Part shown: in pieces, positions 63,512 through 64,000 of the stretch
Layout: every line of letters starts with the position of its first letter
Position numbering within the stretch: the first letter of the stretch is position 1
IMG/VR virus record: IMGVR_UViG_3300031555_010392
Span: 1 to 64,000 of that record
Source: a virus
Taxonomy: Duplodnaviria; Heunggongvirae; Uroviricota; Caudoviricetes
Strand: one strand, 5' to 3'
Length of the DNA stretch: 64,000 nucleotides
Notes under the pieces: generated by a model
What the model was told of the DNA's origin: nothing
The model's input: the letters and a program-made list of their open reading frames with translations, nothing else
Database searches by the model: none
Position numbers and translations under genes: made by a program

Positions 63512-63664
63512 TTGATAGTGTATCCTGTGGCGTTGCTGATTATAGCAGCGATTGTTTATTGTGGTTTGTGCAAGAAAAGAAACATGTGGGCATGGATCGT
63601 ATTGTATTGGGCTACATTGTGTGTGAAAAATTTGGTAGATGCCGTAATGGCAACGGGAGTATAA
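63512..63664 (+). CDS. small membrane protein (50 aa), TTG start
   Basis: GAGGTGA RBS. Confidence 0.3.
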   Translation: MIVYPVALLIIAAIVYCGLCKKRNMWAWIVLYWATLCVKNLVDAVMATGV

Positions 63665-63715
63665 GCAAAAAGATGACAGGAGTGATAAGTCATCAAGAAT
63701 CGACAATTATACACA

Positions 63716-64000
63716 TTGAAATTTAACTCTGGAAAGCTAAAAGCGTGTGGGTATTCAATCACGACTACATTTGATGAGGCTCATGAGCTTGGTGAGGTCA
63801 TTGCTCTTGCAGATAGCCAAATGCTCCGCACAATCAGGAGCATCCGTAAAAGAACGCTTGACCGTCAAAAGGTTGAAAGGCTATTTCTTGAACGTGATGA
63901 GCTTCGCAGGCGTTGCGAGAGAAGAAAACATACAGAATCGTATGCTGAACGGCTGAAATGGCTTAAAGACAAAATCAATCGCACGATGTTTATGCCGGAT
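63716..64000 (+). CDS. hypothetical charged/helical protein, partial (runs off window); frame uncertain vs 63747..63956
   Basis: open to window end with coiled-coil-like composition; TTG start, no RBS. Confidence 0.25.
   Translation, partial: MKFNSGKLKACGYSITTTFDEAHELGEVIALADSQMLRTIRSIRKRTLDRQKVERLFLERDELRRRCERRKHTESYAERLKWLKDKINRTMFMPD

Noticed and set aside
1-64000. CRISPR arrays, IS elements, toxin-antitoxin pairs
   Set aside because: No short regularly spaced direct repeats, no transposase-like ORFs and no terminal inverted repeats were found. The only clearly mobile elements are the intein and the HNH endonuclease.

Overview
The window looks like the early/replication and accessory region of a tailed dsDNA phage, probably infecting a Firmicutes host. 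The host guess rests on strong GGAGG-type RBSs, tRNA genes that encode their own CCA ends, and sigma-70-like -35/-10 boxes. No structural or lysis genes fall in the window.

From 255 to 54829 nearly every gene is on the minus strand. A divergent control region follows at ~54830-56558. It is repeat-rich, and ~600 nt of it is almost G-free on the plus strand. From 56559 a plus-strand block begins with a tyrosine integrase.

The minus-strand block contains:
- A phage-encoded replisome/recombination set: a RecD-like helicase, a DnaE-like PHP polymerase, a Cas4/RecB-like nuclease, an ATP-dependent ligase, an HD hydrolase, a DnaG-like primase, an AAA_24/Sak4-like ATPase and a putative SSB.
- A DnaB helicase interrupted in its P-loop by an intein carrying a LAGLIDADG homing endonuclease.
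- A PnuC + NadR NAD-salvage pair.
- A 14-gene tRNA array, with embedded genes for an HNH endonuclease, an HslV-like peptidase and an HPr-like protein, followed by a Pol-beta-type nucleotidyltransferase.
- An SPFH/band-7 protein with a small membrane partner.
- About 60 small hypothetical genes, many with zinc ribbons or strongly acidic.
- A two-gene module of a class-II glutamine amidotransferase next to a zinc-ribbon-fused GCS2-type amidoligase. I flag this as the most likely uncharacterised enzymatic system in the window.

A family of related AT-rich promoter elements recurs at roughly ten loci. One 27-bp block is identical upstream of the integrase and upstream of a distant minus-strand gene.

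Coordinates for tRNAs and for the small ORFs re-called outside the ORF track were derived by hand and may be off by ±1 nt.
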